Source: a virus
Lineage: Duplodnaviria > Heunggongvirae > Uroviricota > Caudoviricetes
Direction: 5' to 3' (one strand)
DNA length: 19,841 nucleotides
IMG/VR virus record: IMGVR_UViG_2541047861_000012
Location: 1 to 19,841 of that record
In this document: positions 1 to 8,000 of the stretch, piece after piece
Layout: the number at the start of each line of letters is the position of its first letter
Numbering within the stretch: position 1 is the stretch's first letter
The notes under the pieces: generated by a model
Seen by the model: the letters and a program-made list of their open reading frames with translations, nothing else
Databases searched by the model: none
Told to the model about the DNA's origin: nothing
Program-made: the position numbers and the translations under genes

Positions 1-516
1 ATGAAATTTAAAAAATGTCTTCTGCCTGTGGCAATGTTAGCGTCATTCACTCTGGCAGGATGCCAGTCAAATGCTGATGATCATGCCGCCGATGTTTATC
101 AAACCGATCAACTGAATACCAAACAAGAAACTAAAACCGTTAATATTATTTCCATTCTTCCCGCAAAAGTTGCCGTAGACAACGCCCAAAATAAACGGAA
201 CGCACAAGCCTTCGGCGCGCTTATTGGCGCTGTCGCTGGCGGTGTTATCGGCCACAACGTCGGGTCTGGCAGCAATTCCGGAACGACGGCAGGTGCAGTT
301 GGCGGCGGAGCTGTAGGCGCGGCAGCGGGTTCTATGGTGAATGATAAAACCTTAGTGGAAGGTGTTTCTTTAACATATAAGGAAGGCACCAAAGTGTATA
401 CCTCCACCCAGGTGGGTAAAGAGTGCCAGTTTACGACAGGTTTAGCCGTTGTTATTACCACGACGTATAACGAAACGCGTATTCAGCCAAATACCAAATG
501 TCCTGAAAAGAGCTAA
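1..516 (+). CDS. outer-membrane lipoprotein with glycine-zipper domain (SlyB/YcfJ-like)
   Basis: ATG at window position 1; lipoprotein signal peptide MKFKKCLLPVAMLASFTLAGC with lipobox LAGC; Gly/Ala-rich stretch GALIGAVAGGVIGHNVGSG...GAVGGGAVGAAAG typical of glycine-zipper lipoproteins; stop 514-516. Family call from motif recall only. Confidence 0.7.
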   Translation: MKFKKCLLPVAMLASFTLAGCQSNADDHAADVYQTDQLNTKQETKTVNIISILPAKVAVDNAQNKRNAQAFGALIGAVAGGVIGHNVGSGSNSGTTAGAVGGGAVGAAAGSMVNDKTLVEGVSLTYKEGTKVYTSTQVGKECQFTTGLAVVITTTYNETRIQPNTKCPEKS

Positions 517-531
517 TAATCAGGAGGAGTC

Positions 532-1071
532 ATGAAGAAAGTTTTTCTTTGCGCCATCTTAGCCTCCTTAAGCTATCCGGCTATCGCCTCATCATTGCAG
601 GATCAACTCTCGGCTGTCGCAGAAGCGGAACAGCAAGGTAAAAATGAAGAGCAAAGGCAGCATGACGAATGGGTCGCGGAGCGCAACAGGGAAATCCAGC
701 AAGAGAAGCAACGTCGCGCAAACGCCCAGGCCGCGGCTAATAAAAGAGCGGCAACGGCAGCAGCGAATAAGAAAGCTCGTCAGGATAAACTGGACGCCGA
801 AGCCACTGCGGACAAAAAACGCGATCAAAGTTATGAAGATGAGCTACGTAGCTTAGAGATTCAGAAACAAAAACTGGCGCTGGCGAAAGAAGAAGCCCGC
901 GTCAAGCGCGAAAACGAATTTATCGATCAGGAACTGAAGCACAAAGCTGCGCAAACCGATGTGGTGCAATCTGAAGCTGACGCAAACAGAAATATGACTG
1001 AAGGCGGTCGCGATCTGATGAAAAGCGTGGGTAAAGCAGAAGAGAATAAATCAGATAGCTGGTTTAACTAA
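532..1071 (+). CDS. secreted/periplasmic coiled-coil protein of unknown function
   Basis: AGGAGG Shine-Dalgarno at 522-527 just upstream of ATG 532; signal peptide MKKVFLCAILASLSYPAIASS; remainder Lys/Glu/Ala/Gln-rich and coiled-coil-like; followed by terminator 1110-1144. Confidence 0.65.
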   Translation: MKKVFLCAILASLSYPAIASSLQDQLSAVAEAEQQGKNEEQRQHDEWVAERNREIQQEKQRRANAQAAANKRAATAAANKKARQDKLDAEATADKKRDQSYEDELRSLEIQKQKLALAKEEARVKRENEFIDQELKHKAAQTDVVQSEADANRNMTEGGRDLMKSVGKAEENKSDSWFN

Positions 1072-1109
1072 ACGATGTTAGTAACTTCAAACCTATAATT
1101 CTTTAGGAT

Positions 1110-1144
1110 AAAAAAACCCTCTGTAGTAACAGAGGGTTTTGTTC
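1110..1144. terminator. bidirectional rho-independent terminator
   Basis: 8-bp stem CCCTCTGT (1117-1124) / ACAGAGGG (1129-1136), 4-nt loop, flanked by A7 (1110-1116) and TTTTGTT (1137-1143). This gives a U-tract on both strands, between convergent gene 532-1071 (+) and the lysis operon ending at 1290 (-). Confidence 0.65.
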
Positions 1145-1289
1145 ATTCATAGTGCAGGGTCAAATCATTCCCACTCAATTATTTACGATAACCATAACCA
1201 ATTGAGTGATAACATTTTTCCAAAGATGAATTTTTCCCATACCGTTTTATATACCGTCACCGGAAATCAGTACCATGAAAAATGCCATG

Positions 1290-1772
1290 CTATCTGGTCA
1301 GGGTGTCGTACTGTTTTTCGCAGACTCTTCCGGCTTCGGCTGCCCGGTCAGCATACTCTGCCAGTTGTCTGTTTCTCTCGAGAGATTTGCTGAGCACGTC
1401 GGCAAGCAAAACTCCGGTGTCTGCGGCTGACGACCCAGCGCCGACAATGGCGTTATAGTGCCTGAGCTGCTCACGGATGGCAACGAGCTGTTGCTGCAAC
1501 CGGCCAGCGCGAGCGGCAGCATCAAGAGCATCATTGCGCGCCTGGTCGATCCTCTGCTGCGATTCACGTTCATTGATCGCTTTCTCCTGTTCGTAGTGCT
1601 GACGAACTCTCTCATCTTCAGTTTTGCGGTCTTCTTTCGCCTGAGCATACCCGGCGTCGTACTGACGACTGCCGTGCACATTCCAGGCAACAACTCCTGA
1701 TGTGGCAAGAACAGCAAGCATCGCCACGATAATCAAATGTTTCCAGTATGCTTTTACGAATGCCCAGATCAT
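1290..1772 (-). CDS. i-spanin (Rz-like inner-membrane spanin subunit)
   Basis: Start ATG overlaps endolysin stop (ATGA, 1769-1772); N-terminal TM helix [18 protein letters not shown] then charged coiled-coil periplasmic domain; contains an embedded +1-frame lipoprotein ORF; sits directly after the endolysin. Confidence 0.75.
   Translation of the reverse strand: MIWAFVKAYWKHLIIVAMLAVLATSGVVAWNVHGSRQYDAGYAQAKEDRKTEDERVRQHYEQEKAINERESQQRIDQARNDALDAAARAGRLQQQLVAIREQLRHYNAIVGAGSSAADTGVLLADVLSKSLERNRQLAEYADRAAEAGRVCEKQYDTLTR
1298..1534 (-). CDS. o-spanin (Rz1-like outer-membrane lipoprotein) embedded in +1 frame of the i-spanin gene
   Basis: Internal ATG-ATG (1534-1529) within ORF 1298-1717 gives about 78 aa [17 protein letters not shown]... 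with lipobox LALAGC; Pro/Ser/Thr-rich mature part with Cys residues; fully inside the Rz-like gene (stops at 1298-1300 versus 1290-1292). Exact start uncertain. Confidence 0.6.
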   Translation of the reverse strand: MMLLMLPLALAGCSNSSLPSVSSSGTITPLSALGRQPQTPEFCLPTCSANLSRETDNWQSMLTGQPKPEESAKNSTTP

Positions 1773-2398
1773 ACAGCCAGCACCTTACTGGCAATGATGT
1801 ATCGGGCGCGGCGGTCATCAATGCCGTTCCGGCCACCATTGATAATCAGAGTTACACGTGCAATATCGCCGGTATACTTCATGCAGCCTTTGCTGGAGAA
1901 GAACCAGGCCGCGCTACGGGCCGCGTATTCGTCCTGTGCCAGCAGTTCAGGATTCTCCAGCAGGTCAACTTTCAGACCGTTTCCGCAGTCACGATAGTTA
2001 TTCAAGCCGGTAATCTGGATAAGTCCGCGCCCACGGTAGTTCCAGCCATCACCAGGGGCATTGTTCCCCATGCGTTTGCTGTACACCAGATTGGCGATAG
2101 CGCGCTGTCGCTCAAGTGGTAATGCTGCTTCACCAGCACGGCGACCCAGTGCATTAGCCTGCCCCTGGGTGAGACGCCCAGCCCGAACGAAGTTAGCCAG
2201 TCCGGTGACACTGTAGTTGAAATTTTCCTGCAACCGGGTGAAGCCCCCAGACTCATGCCCGACCTGAGCAATAAACATTGCCTGATCTTCGGGTTTGCTG
2301 ATTCCAAACTCTTTCATCGCAGAAGTTATATGCAAGAACCAGCGTTCGGCCAGCGCCTCGCTAATACCAGCAGCACGCTGGAATTGTTTAATCTCCAT
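1769..2398 (-). CDS. endolysin, glycoside hydrolase family 19 (chitinase-like)
   Basis: Motifs [12 protein letters not shown] and [16 protein letters not shown] match the GH19 catalytic core; start overlaps the upstream holin-like gene by 11 nt; lysis-cassette context. Confidence 0.85.
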   Translation of the reverse strand: MEIKQFQRAAGISEALAERWFLHITSAMKEFGISKPEDQAMFIAQVGHESGGFTRLQENFNYSVTGLANFVRAGRLTQGQANALGRRAGEAALPLERQRAIANLVYSKRMGNNAPGDGWNYRGRGLIQITGLNNYRDCGNGLKVDLLENPELLAQDEYAARSAAWFFSSKGCMKYTGDIARVTLIINGGRNGIDDRRARYIIASKVLAV

Positions 2399-2696
2399 GT
2401 TTAGACCTCGTTATTTTGAAAATTTGAACGACGTTACCGCGAGTTTTAAGAACCGCAGCAAGCATGACAGCGTTAATAATGACCTCAGATAAATCCACAG
2501 CCATTGGCGTACGTAACCAGATTGCATAGGCGACTCGAACAGGAATACTGGCCGCAGCAACAATCAGGAAATAAGCAAGCCATCCTCCCCACCTTCGGTG
2601 TTGAGAGCCGTTACGCCGGAATGTGACAACGCGAATTGCTATGCCAGTGCAAATAACTGCATTGGTGATAAGCAAAAAAAACTCATGCGTTACCAT
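2388..2696 (-). CDS. holin-like small membrane protein (second holin or antiholin)
   Basis: 102 aa; hydrophobic segments [54 protein letters not shown]; basic C-terminal tail; overlaps 2683-3087 by 14 nt and the endolysin by 11 nt. Confidence 0.55.
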   Translation of the reverse strand: MVTHEFFLLITNAVICTGIAIRVVTFRRNGSQHRRWGGWLAYFLIVAAASIPVRVAYAIWLRTPMAVDLSEVIINAVMLAAVLKTRGNVVQIFKITRSKHGD

Positions 2697-3087
2697 CGTC
2701 TTTTCTCCCCGGAATTAACTCGCGTGGATTATCGGAAAGGTGATAGAGCCATATACCAATACGCACAGCGACAATTGCTGACACGAATGCGCCTGCAGAG
2801 AAAACAATCCCTTTTTCAAAAGAGTCCTGCGTGATGGTAGGGATCAGGCTAGCTATGCCGATAAGAATTGATGCTGCTGGTTTGTAAAAGAGAAGGCCGC
2901 AAAGAAAGCTGAGCATCGACAGGAGCACCCGGCGACGGATGGGGTACTCTACTGCAGAGGTAACAAAAATTACCGCCCCAGCCAAAGCCCCTAAAGCAAC
3001 CTCCGGAGGGACACCTGCAATAACCGCAGCAAGAGAACCAAAACTAAGCAACTGATTTAATTGCTCACTTGTTACTTGAGCAGACAT
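2683..3087 (-). CDS. holin (class I-like, 3-4 TM segments)
   Basis: 134 aa; AGGAG about 5 nt upstream of ATG 3087 on the minus strand; several TM helices and charged C-terminus [13 protein letters not shown]; first gene of the lysis cassette. Confidence 0.65.
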   Translation of the reverse strand: MSAQVTSEQLNQLLSFGSLAAVIAGVPPEVALGALAGAVIFVTSAVEYPIRRRVLLSMLSFLCGLLFYKPAASILIGIASLIPTITQDSFEKGIVFSAGAFVSAIVAVRIGIWLYHLSDNPRELIPGRKDDGNA

Positions 3088-3368
3088 ACTTTCTCCTGTT
3101 TACTATCTATAAGCCAGTCAATTATTGATGACTAAACCCGCATAGTAAACCATATATGAATCATTATTGTTCCATATCATATATCTCAATAAAAGTACTA
3201 ATTATTTTACAGAACGAGCCAGCAGAGTGGGGGCAGTTGTACAGGAACCATAGACTTAATTTTGTATTTAATAATGCTATGGTGTAATAAACCTGAACAT
3301 GTATTTAAAATACGTACTGATTCATGATAGAATTCAAAGATAACTTTTCACCAACTCCGTTTTTGATA

Positions 3369-3395
3369 CCCGCAAAATATTGCGGGCTTTTTTTT
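3369..3395 (+). terminator. rho-independent terminator oriented for plus-strand transcription
   Basis: 7-bp stem CCCGCAA (3369-3375) / TTGCGGG (3380-3386), loop AATA, then C plus T8 (3388-3395). The minus-strand RNA would have no U-tract after the hairpin (reads UAUCAAAAACGG). Confidence 0.5.
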
Positions 3396-6300
3396 AACGT
3401 TCTTCCAGAGACTGAATCCGCTCTTTTATCTTATCCATTTCTCTGCGCTGCCATGCTGCCTCGATATAGAATAAGAGATCAGGTCTGACCCCCCATCTAG
3501 ATCCTGCTGGCGTTATTTCAACGCGCTCAATGATGTCTTCCATTACCATCACTGGATTATCATCCTCATCAACAATGATGCTCCCGTCATTATCAGTCAG
3601 CTGTATTTCCCTTTGGCCAGTAATGACGTCATCATATACTGCGGGATAATCGTCATAGCAAAGAAAGGCATAGCGGCATGTTGTGCTTTCTTCTTCCATG
3701 AGTCCGTGAGAAATAAGAACATCACGAAGTTGCTGCGCGATTACACCATGATGTATCCTCGCCCCTTCTTCTCCCTTTATAGCGACAGCGTTCAGCCATT
3801 TATAAGCGATATACCTGACGTCACCCCAGGCATCCAGCAATGCTTCGTCAGGAGAGACCGGCTCTGTCTTTAATGTTCCGTCACTGGTAACCACAGGATT
3901 GGAGCCAAGATAAACTGTCGAGAACCTGTTTCCCGGACCACCAAGAGCATTTACATTATCAAGATAAGGTTTAACATCTCCGTTCTCAAAAAGATGTTCG
4001 AGTGCGTTATATACCGCGCGACGTGGAGTACTGCTTCCGGAACCATGCAACGTTATCATTGCACCATCTGCTGAAGACGTTGTTTCACCGCCGCTAACGA
4101 TTAATCTCTGAGCGGTAACATCATCAGACGGTACTTTCTTCGCAATAATGGCGTAATTGCCCTCCAGTTTGACTTCCGCGCGAACTTGTCCTGATGTACC
4201 TGCATGGACAGTCAGTGACTGGACGGCAACATCATCTGTGAAATCAACGGGTACAGGAACCGTCCTCACGCCGGACGTCGACATAAAAGTAGGAAGCGTT
4301 CTGTTAGGAGTGGCTCCGTAGACAAAATCCCTTGAAACAAATTCTTCCTGTTTAATTTTCACCCTGAAACAATACAAATCAGCCGGGTGACCATCGTGAA
4401 CATAAGGATATTTTCTGTTGTTATCCCCTATGCTCCATGGGTTTAGAAAGTCTTCCCCACCGAAAATGTAGTACAGCCAGTTGTCTTTGATACAAACTGA
4501 ACCAACACCAACCGCAGAGTTAACTATTCCGCCCTGATAAATCTGATCAGTAACATTAACCCACTCTACATTATCCAGACTCCACTCATTGACGTTAACT
4601 CTGGTCATAAATGTTCTTGGATAATTTCCTGCATAACGGTTATCAGGTTCTCCTCCTTCCCACTCACCAAATGCGCGCTCACTGCCAAAAATAATCAGCT
4701 CATCGCCAACTTTGGCAAAAGGAAGGTTTGAGTGATGAACATTATTTGGGAAGCGAAGAGAATTCCATGATGCACCTAAATCAGAGCTTCTGTGCAATGA
4801 ACTACCGGGTTGAGTACTTAATGTCCCCCTGGTCGTCAGATACAGAATGCCATCATAATATTTTACACATGGCTCAGATGCATTCGCCTCATATTCTGCA
4901 GGTATGCGTCTGCGAACAAAGCTACCAGGAGAACCGAAAGCATCAGAGAAATAGAGTATCCCAAGCTCGCGTGGACCAATATCACCATTATGGTAGCCAA
5001 CAGCAAAACTGTTATCGCTAATCGTCGCAAAACTGTGAATCTCAGTAACAGGAGTGCTTCCGTCAACAAAAGAAGAAATAGTTCCAAGACTGGTTTTTCT
5101 CCATGGTGACGAGTGAAATGATGTACCAAAACTCCAGTATCTACCCTCGTTATTCTGATCCACATCCTGAGTATTTTGCGTCGTAACTGTAAAAGTATTT
5201 TTATCAATAACAGTAGTCACCGTCATATTCCCGGTAACACCTGTAACACCAGAGTTTGAGAAGTTGACAAAATCACCAGCAAATAATCCGTGATCAGTAA
5301 TGCGAATATAAGCGACTTGCTGATTTGCTGCTTTCGTTATACCACCATAAACGCGAAGGCTGCGACTCATTGGACGATCCCACAACTCTGCAACCTGCAG
5401 TTTATTTCCGCGCACGGTCCGCGTCTCAATTACAGCAAAAAGGCGATTTCTGACAACCCCCATACTCATGCAGTGATAGTTAACTGTGGGATAGTTTTCA
5501 TGTAAATCTGTAAGCCATTCCGGCGTTGTCCAGGTCTTCCCGTCATCTCCTGAGCGAACCCATGCAACATGGAGGTTATTTACACCATGGCGGTCTCCAG
5601 CCATAAAAGGCGCATAGATGACATTGTCATATACAAACGTTTTATCCTGCGTCCAGGCGTTGTACCACGGTGTATCTGTAATTTTAAATAACTCTCCCTG
5701 GATAAAATCTTCAGAAGCATAAAAAAGAGGCTGACCCGGTATTCTCTCAAATAAAAAACGAGCATTTTTAAATCGGCTGACATCCGGAAGAGTTGATACT
5801 TTAAAAGTAAGCCCTAATCCGTCAATTTTATAACCTGGAGATGAGGCTTCAAGGCACGCGCTTATTGCAGTGGAATCGTCATTTATACCATCACCAACAG
5901 CTCCAAAATCTTTGGGGCTAATAGCATCACGCATTTTATCCTGGAACGTTCGGTATACTGCCCCAGAACCATACTGAATAAACCAACCAAAACCACCAAC
6001 AACCCCGGCGATTGCAGCATCGACATAATTACGCATTGAGCGATTATTTACAGCGTCCTGTTCAAGTGATGGATCTGCAAGGTTAGAAATTCTGTTTTGC
6101 TTTGCATCGTAATATTTTGCAAGCAAAGATGGTTTCATCAATGCACGTCTGAACCATCCAAAACATTGCTGGATCAGCATCGTCAGGTAGTCAAAGGCAT
6201 CTTCATGCACTTCGGGGAAAAACTTTCCCTGATTGCGAAGGTCTGTCTCCTGCACTACATCAAGCACACGATCTATCGTAATTCTCCATCCAGTAGCAAG

Positions 6301-6513
6301 CGGCGACGGAAGAACCACAGAACCGCCACTATAAGTGCCCGCCCCAGTTACCGTATAACCGGTATCCAGAACCAATTCTGTTACGTTCCCGTTCAGGTCA
6401 GACACCTGAACAACCAGGTCGGATTTTCTGAAAATTCGAAAAGTATACGGAAACGATGTCGTAACGCCGTTACCGGTGTATTCGTTGTGGTCAACTTCGG
6501 TTGAGACCGTCAT
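3394..6513 (-). CDS. tailspike/tail fibre with depolymerase domain (T7 gp17-like N-terminal anchor, Asp-box sialidase-like region, C-terminal S74 intramolecular-chaperone domain)
   Basis: GGAG 7 nt upstream of ATG 6513; residues about 10-115 resemble the T7 tail-fibre N-terminal particle-binding domain; pectate-lyase-like motif DFGAVGDGINDDSTAISA (201-219); Asp boxes SGDDGKTW (321-328) and SSDLGASW (576-583); predicted autocleavage site VVTS/DG (877/878) followed by a chaperone-like C-terminus. Substrate not determinable by eye. Confidence 0.85.
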   Translation of the reverse strand: MTVSTEVDHNEYTGNGVTTSFPYTFRIFRKSDLVVQVSDLNGNVTELVLDTGYTVTGAGTYSGGSVVLPSPLATGWRITIDRVLDVVQETDLRNQGKFFPEVHEDAFDYLTMLIQQCFGWFRRALMKPSLLAKYYDAKQNRISNLADPSLEQDAVNNRSMRNYVDAAIAGVVGGFGWFIQYGSGAVYRTFQDKMRDAISPKDFGAVGDGINDDSTAISACLEASSPGYKIDGLGLTFKVSTLPDVSRFKNARFLFERIPGQPLFYASEDFIQGELFKITDTPWYNAWTQDKTFVYDNVIYAPFMAGDRHGVNNLHVAWVRSGDDGKTWTTPEWLTDLHENYPTVNYHCMSMGVVRNRLFAVIETRTVRGNKLQVAELWDRPMSRSLRVYGGITKAANQQVAYIRITDHGLFAGDFVNFSNSGVTGVTGNMTVTTVIDKNTFTVTTQNTQDVDQNNEGRYWSFGTSFHSSPWRKTSLGTISSFVDGSTPVTEIHSFATISDNSFAVGYHNGDIGPRELGILYFSDAFGSPGSFVRRRIPAEYEANASEPCVKYYDGILYLTTRGTLSTQPGSSLHRSSDLGASWNSLRFPNNVHHSNLPFAKVGDELIIFGSERAFGEWEGGEPDNRYAGNYPRTFMTRVNVNEWSLDNVEWVNVTDQIYQGGIVNSAVGVGSVCIKDNWLYYIFGGEDFLNPWSIGDNNRKYPYVHDGHPADLYCFRVKIKQEEFVSRDFVYGATPNRTLPTFMSTSGVRTVPVPVDFTDDVAVQSLTVHAGTSGQVRAEVKLEGNYAIIAKKVPSDDVTAQRLIVSGGETTSSADGAMITLHGSGSSTPRRAVYNALEHLFENGDVKPYLDNVNALGGPGNRFSTVYLGSNPVVTSDGTLKTEPVSPDEALLDAWGDVRYIAYKWLNAVAIKGEEGARIHHGVIAQQLRDVLISHGLMEEESTTCRYAFLCYDDYPAVYDDVITGQREIQLTDNDGSIIVDEDDNPVMVMEDIIERVEITPAGSRWGVRPDLLFYIEAAWQRREMDKIKERIQSLEER

Positions 6514-6650
6514 GTTAAATCTCCAGATAGTCGCAGCACCCGTTGCGCCGCATATCTGGTCATTCTATTACCTAAAAAACCACATATGGATAGAAAGACT
6601 GTGAATACGAATAGATATTACCTTTCGGGTAATTTGCAAAACGTGCTGGA

Positions 6651-6687
6651 TAGCAAACAAATTATTTGCTACTGTATAAATATACAG
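6651..6687. promoter_or_regulatory. operator-like tandem inverted repeats upstream of gene 6710-6967
   Basis: TAGCAAA-N7-TTTGCTA (6651-6671) immediately followed by CTGTATA-AA-TATACAG (6672-6687, contains TATAAAT), ending about 10 nt before the GGAG of gene 6710. Confidence 0.3.
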
Positions 6688-6709
6688 TTATTGCATGGAG
6701 AATATTAAG

Positions 6710-6967
6710 ATGCAGCAGTATCACTATCCACTGGAAGACGGATTTACCGAAAGGATTCACACGCCGGGAGGCGTCAGGTCACTGGTGGAGGGATCGCACT
6801 TGATGAAATTACTCCGGGATCTCGATAAGGATGGATTTAATGTCGATGGCCCACTTGCCGAACTGACTGCACTGATTAACTACGTCACCAGCTCACAGAT
6901 GTCTATGCAGGATCTGCAAACACATCTCGACTATTGTGCCGAACAATTACGAAAACAAACCAGATAA
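6710..6967 (+). CDS. small stand-alone homologue of the antirepressor C-terminal module
   Basis: GGAG at 6697-6700, 9 nt before ATG 6710 (the in-frame ATG at 6695 has no SD); 85 aa; SHLMKLLRDLDKDGFNVDGPLAELTALINYV...MQDLQTHLDY aligns with the shared C-terminus of 7283-7978 and 8987-9925 (SLLMNLLNQLQEDGHDVSGAAAELTTMFCYIV...LRDIQTHAEY). Confidence 0.55.
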   Translation: MQQYHYPLEDGFTERIHTPGGVRSLVEGSHLMKLLRDLDKDGFNVDGPLAELTALINYVTSSQMSMQDLQTHLDYCAEQLRKQTR

Positions 6968-6997
6968 GATTTGAAATTACCAATAGGAGTGCTTATA

Positions 6998-7014
6998 TTT
7001 ACCTTTGCGGTAAA
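6998..7014. promoter_or_regulatory. operator-like palindrome TTTACC-N5-GGTAAA (copy 1)
   Basis: TTTACC (6998-7003), TTTGC, GGTAAA (7009-7014), nested inside a longer inverted repeat GGAGTGC (6986-6992) / GCACTCC (7023-7029). Identical half-sites recur at 8151-8167. Confidence 0.3.
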
Positions 7015-7105
7015 TTTACATCGCACTCCTCTTGTGCCATAGTAATCGGGCACTGGCAAAATCCAGTGCCGGGATTGGCGTCCCGGATTACTAAAAGGCG
7101 CATTC

Positions 7106-7125
7106 ACCGCGCAAGCGGTTTTTTT
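7106..7125 (+). terminator. weak rho-independent terminator in the leader of the Bro-N antirepressor gene
   Basis: Short stem ACCGC (7106-7110) / GCGGT (7115-7119), loop GCAA, then a T-run to 7125; preceded by hairpins at 7049-7070 and 7069-7086 that share bases. Confidence 0.3.
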
Positions 7126-7282
7126 ATGCGTATAGCACGGCCACATTCGTATTATGGTGGGCTGTGTGGGGGCACCGAAAGGTGCGCCGGGTCCTTTTAG
7201 CCGGTTACGCCAACCCTGCACAGTTCACCACCAACCGATTGGCGTCGGTAGTGGTGATTAACCAGACTAAAAGGTAACCACT

Positions 7283-7978
7283 ATGACAGCTACAAAAAGC
7301 ACGTCCATTTTTTCTTTCGAATCCCAAGCCGATATACGGGTAATCGTCATTAATGGTGAGCCATGGTTTATCGCTTCAGATGTTTGTCGGGCTATAGGCA
7401 TAGCAAACCATCGAGATGCTGTTCGAAAACTTGATGATGATGAGAAGGGCGTCGCTTCAACCGACACCCCTGGCGGTGAGCAAGAATCGATCATCATCTC
7501 CGAGTCAGGCCTCTACACACTGATCCTCCGCTGCCGCGACGCAGTGACACCAGGCACTATCCCCTACCGCTTTCGTAAATGGGTTACAGGTGAGGTTCTT
7601 CCTCAGATCCGCCGCACCGGAAGTTACATTAAAAACTCGCTCCCGCAGGAAGAACGCATAAAGATGGTTGCCGACCAGGTAGCCAACGCCACAGCATCAG
7701 CAGTGATGCAGGCAATGAAGATAGAGAACAAAACCTACAGTGCCCCGCTGAAGCCCGGCTACCGCAGTTTGATTCACTCGCCGTCTGGTGTTCTCGGCCT
7801 GACGGAGAACTCACTGCTGATGAATTTGCTGAACCAGTTACAGGAAGACGGGCATGACGTATCGGGCGCGGCGGCGGAACTGACCACCATGTTCTGCTAC
7901 ATCGTCGGTGTGAGTAAATGCCTGCGTGATATCCAGACTCACGCGGAGTACATCAACGACAAAGCAGGATTCTTCTGA
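7283..7978 (+). CDS. antirepressor-like protein (Bro-N N-terminal domain plus shared antirepressor C-terminal module)
   Basis: AAGG about 8 nt upstream of ATG 7283; Bro-N signature FESQADIRVIVINGEPWFIASDVCRAIG...ESGLYTLILRCRDAVTPGTIPYRFRKWVTGEVLPQIRRTG; last 77 residues identical to those of 8987-9925. Confidence 0.8.
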   Translation: MTATKSTSIFSFESQADIRVIVINGEPWFIASDVCRAIGIANHRDAVRKLDDDEKGVASTDTPGGEQESIIISESGLYTLILRCRDAVTPGTIPYRFRKWVTGEVLPQIRRTGSYIKNSLPQEERIKMVADQVANATASAVMQAMKIENKTYSAPLKPGYRSLIHSPSGVLGLTENSLLMNLLNQLQEDGHDVSGAAAELTTMFCYIVGVSKCLRDIQTHAEYINDKAGFF

Positions 7979-8000
7979 CGGGCGGCGGCACAGGGATGTG
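7745..8000. repeat. inverted repeat copy A (3' end of gene 7283-7978 plus about 22 bp)
   Basis: Reverse complement matches 8964-9220 at about 93% identity (16 mismatches in the 231 coding nt plus one indel in the 3' flank). Similarity begins exactly at the first codon of the shared 77-aa module. Confidence 0.85.

Noticed and set aside
67-461. Minus-strand ORFs 67-255 and 108-461 inside the lipoprotein gene
   Set aside because: They are the antisense frame of a Gly/Ala-rich coding region (which gives Pro/Ala-rich open frames) with no SD; the plus-strand gene has a clear lipoprotein signal.
592-856. ORFs 592-828 (-) and 644-856 (+) overlapping gene 532-1071
   Set aside because: Alternative frames of a low-complexity coiled-coil gene with no independent ribosome-binding sites.
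3156-3287. 43-codon plus-strand ORF in the AT-rich spacer
   Set aside because: No Shine-Dalgarno and AT-rich codon composition; more likely non-coding regulatory DNA.
3613-6504. Several 70-135-aa ORFs on both strands inside the tailspike gene (for example 3613-3873, 4728-5021, 4863-5207, 6097-6504)
   Set aside because: All lie within the continuous 1039-codon tailspike frame, which has recognisable domains along its whole length; none has start signals.
3394-6513. Specific call of the tailspike as a K1 endosialidase
   Set aside because: The domain combination is compatible, but the catalytic residues cannot be verified without alignment to a reference, so only a generic depolymerase call is made.
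6695-6709. Upstream ATG 6695 as the start of the small module gene
   Set aside because: It has no SD, whereas GGAG at 6697-6700 is correctly spaced for ATG 6710.
6931-7221. Overlapping ORFs 6931-7221 (-) and 6934-7200 (+) in the structured leader
   Set aside because: They span a region dominated by hairpins and a terminator and lack ribosome-binding sites; the region reads better as structured RNA/DNA.
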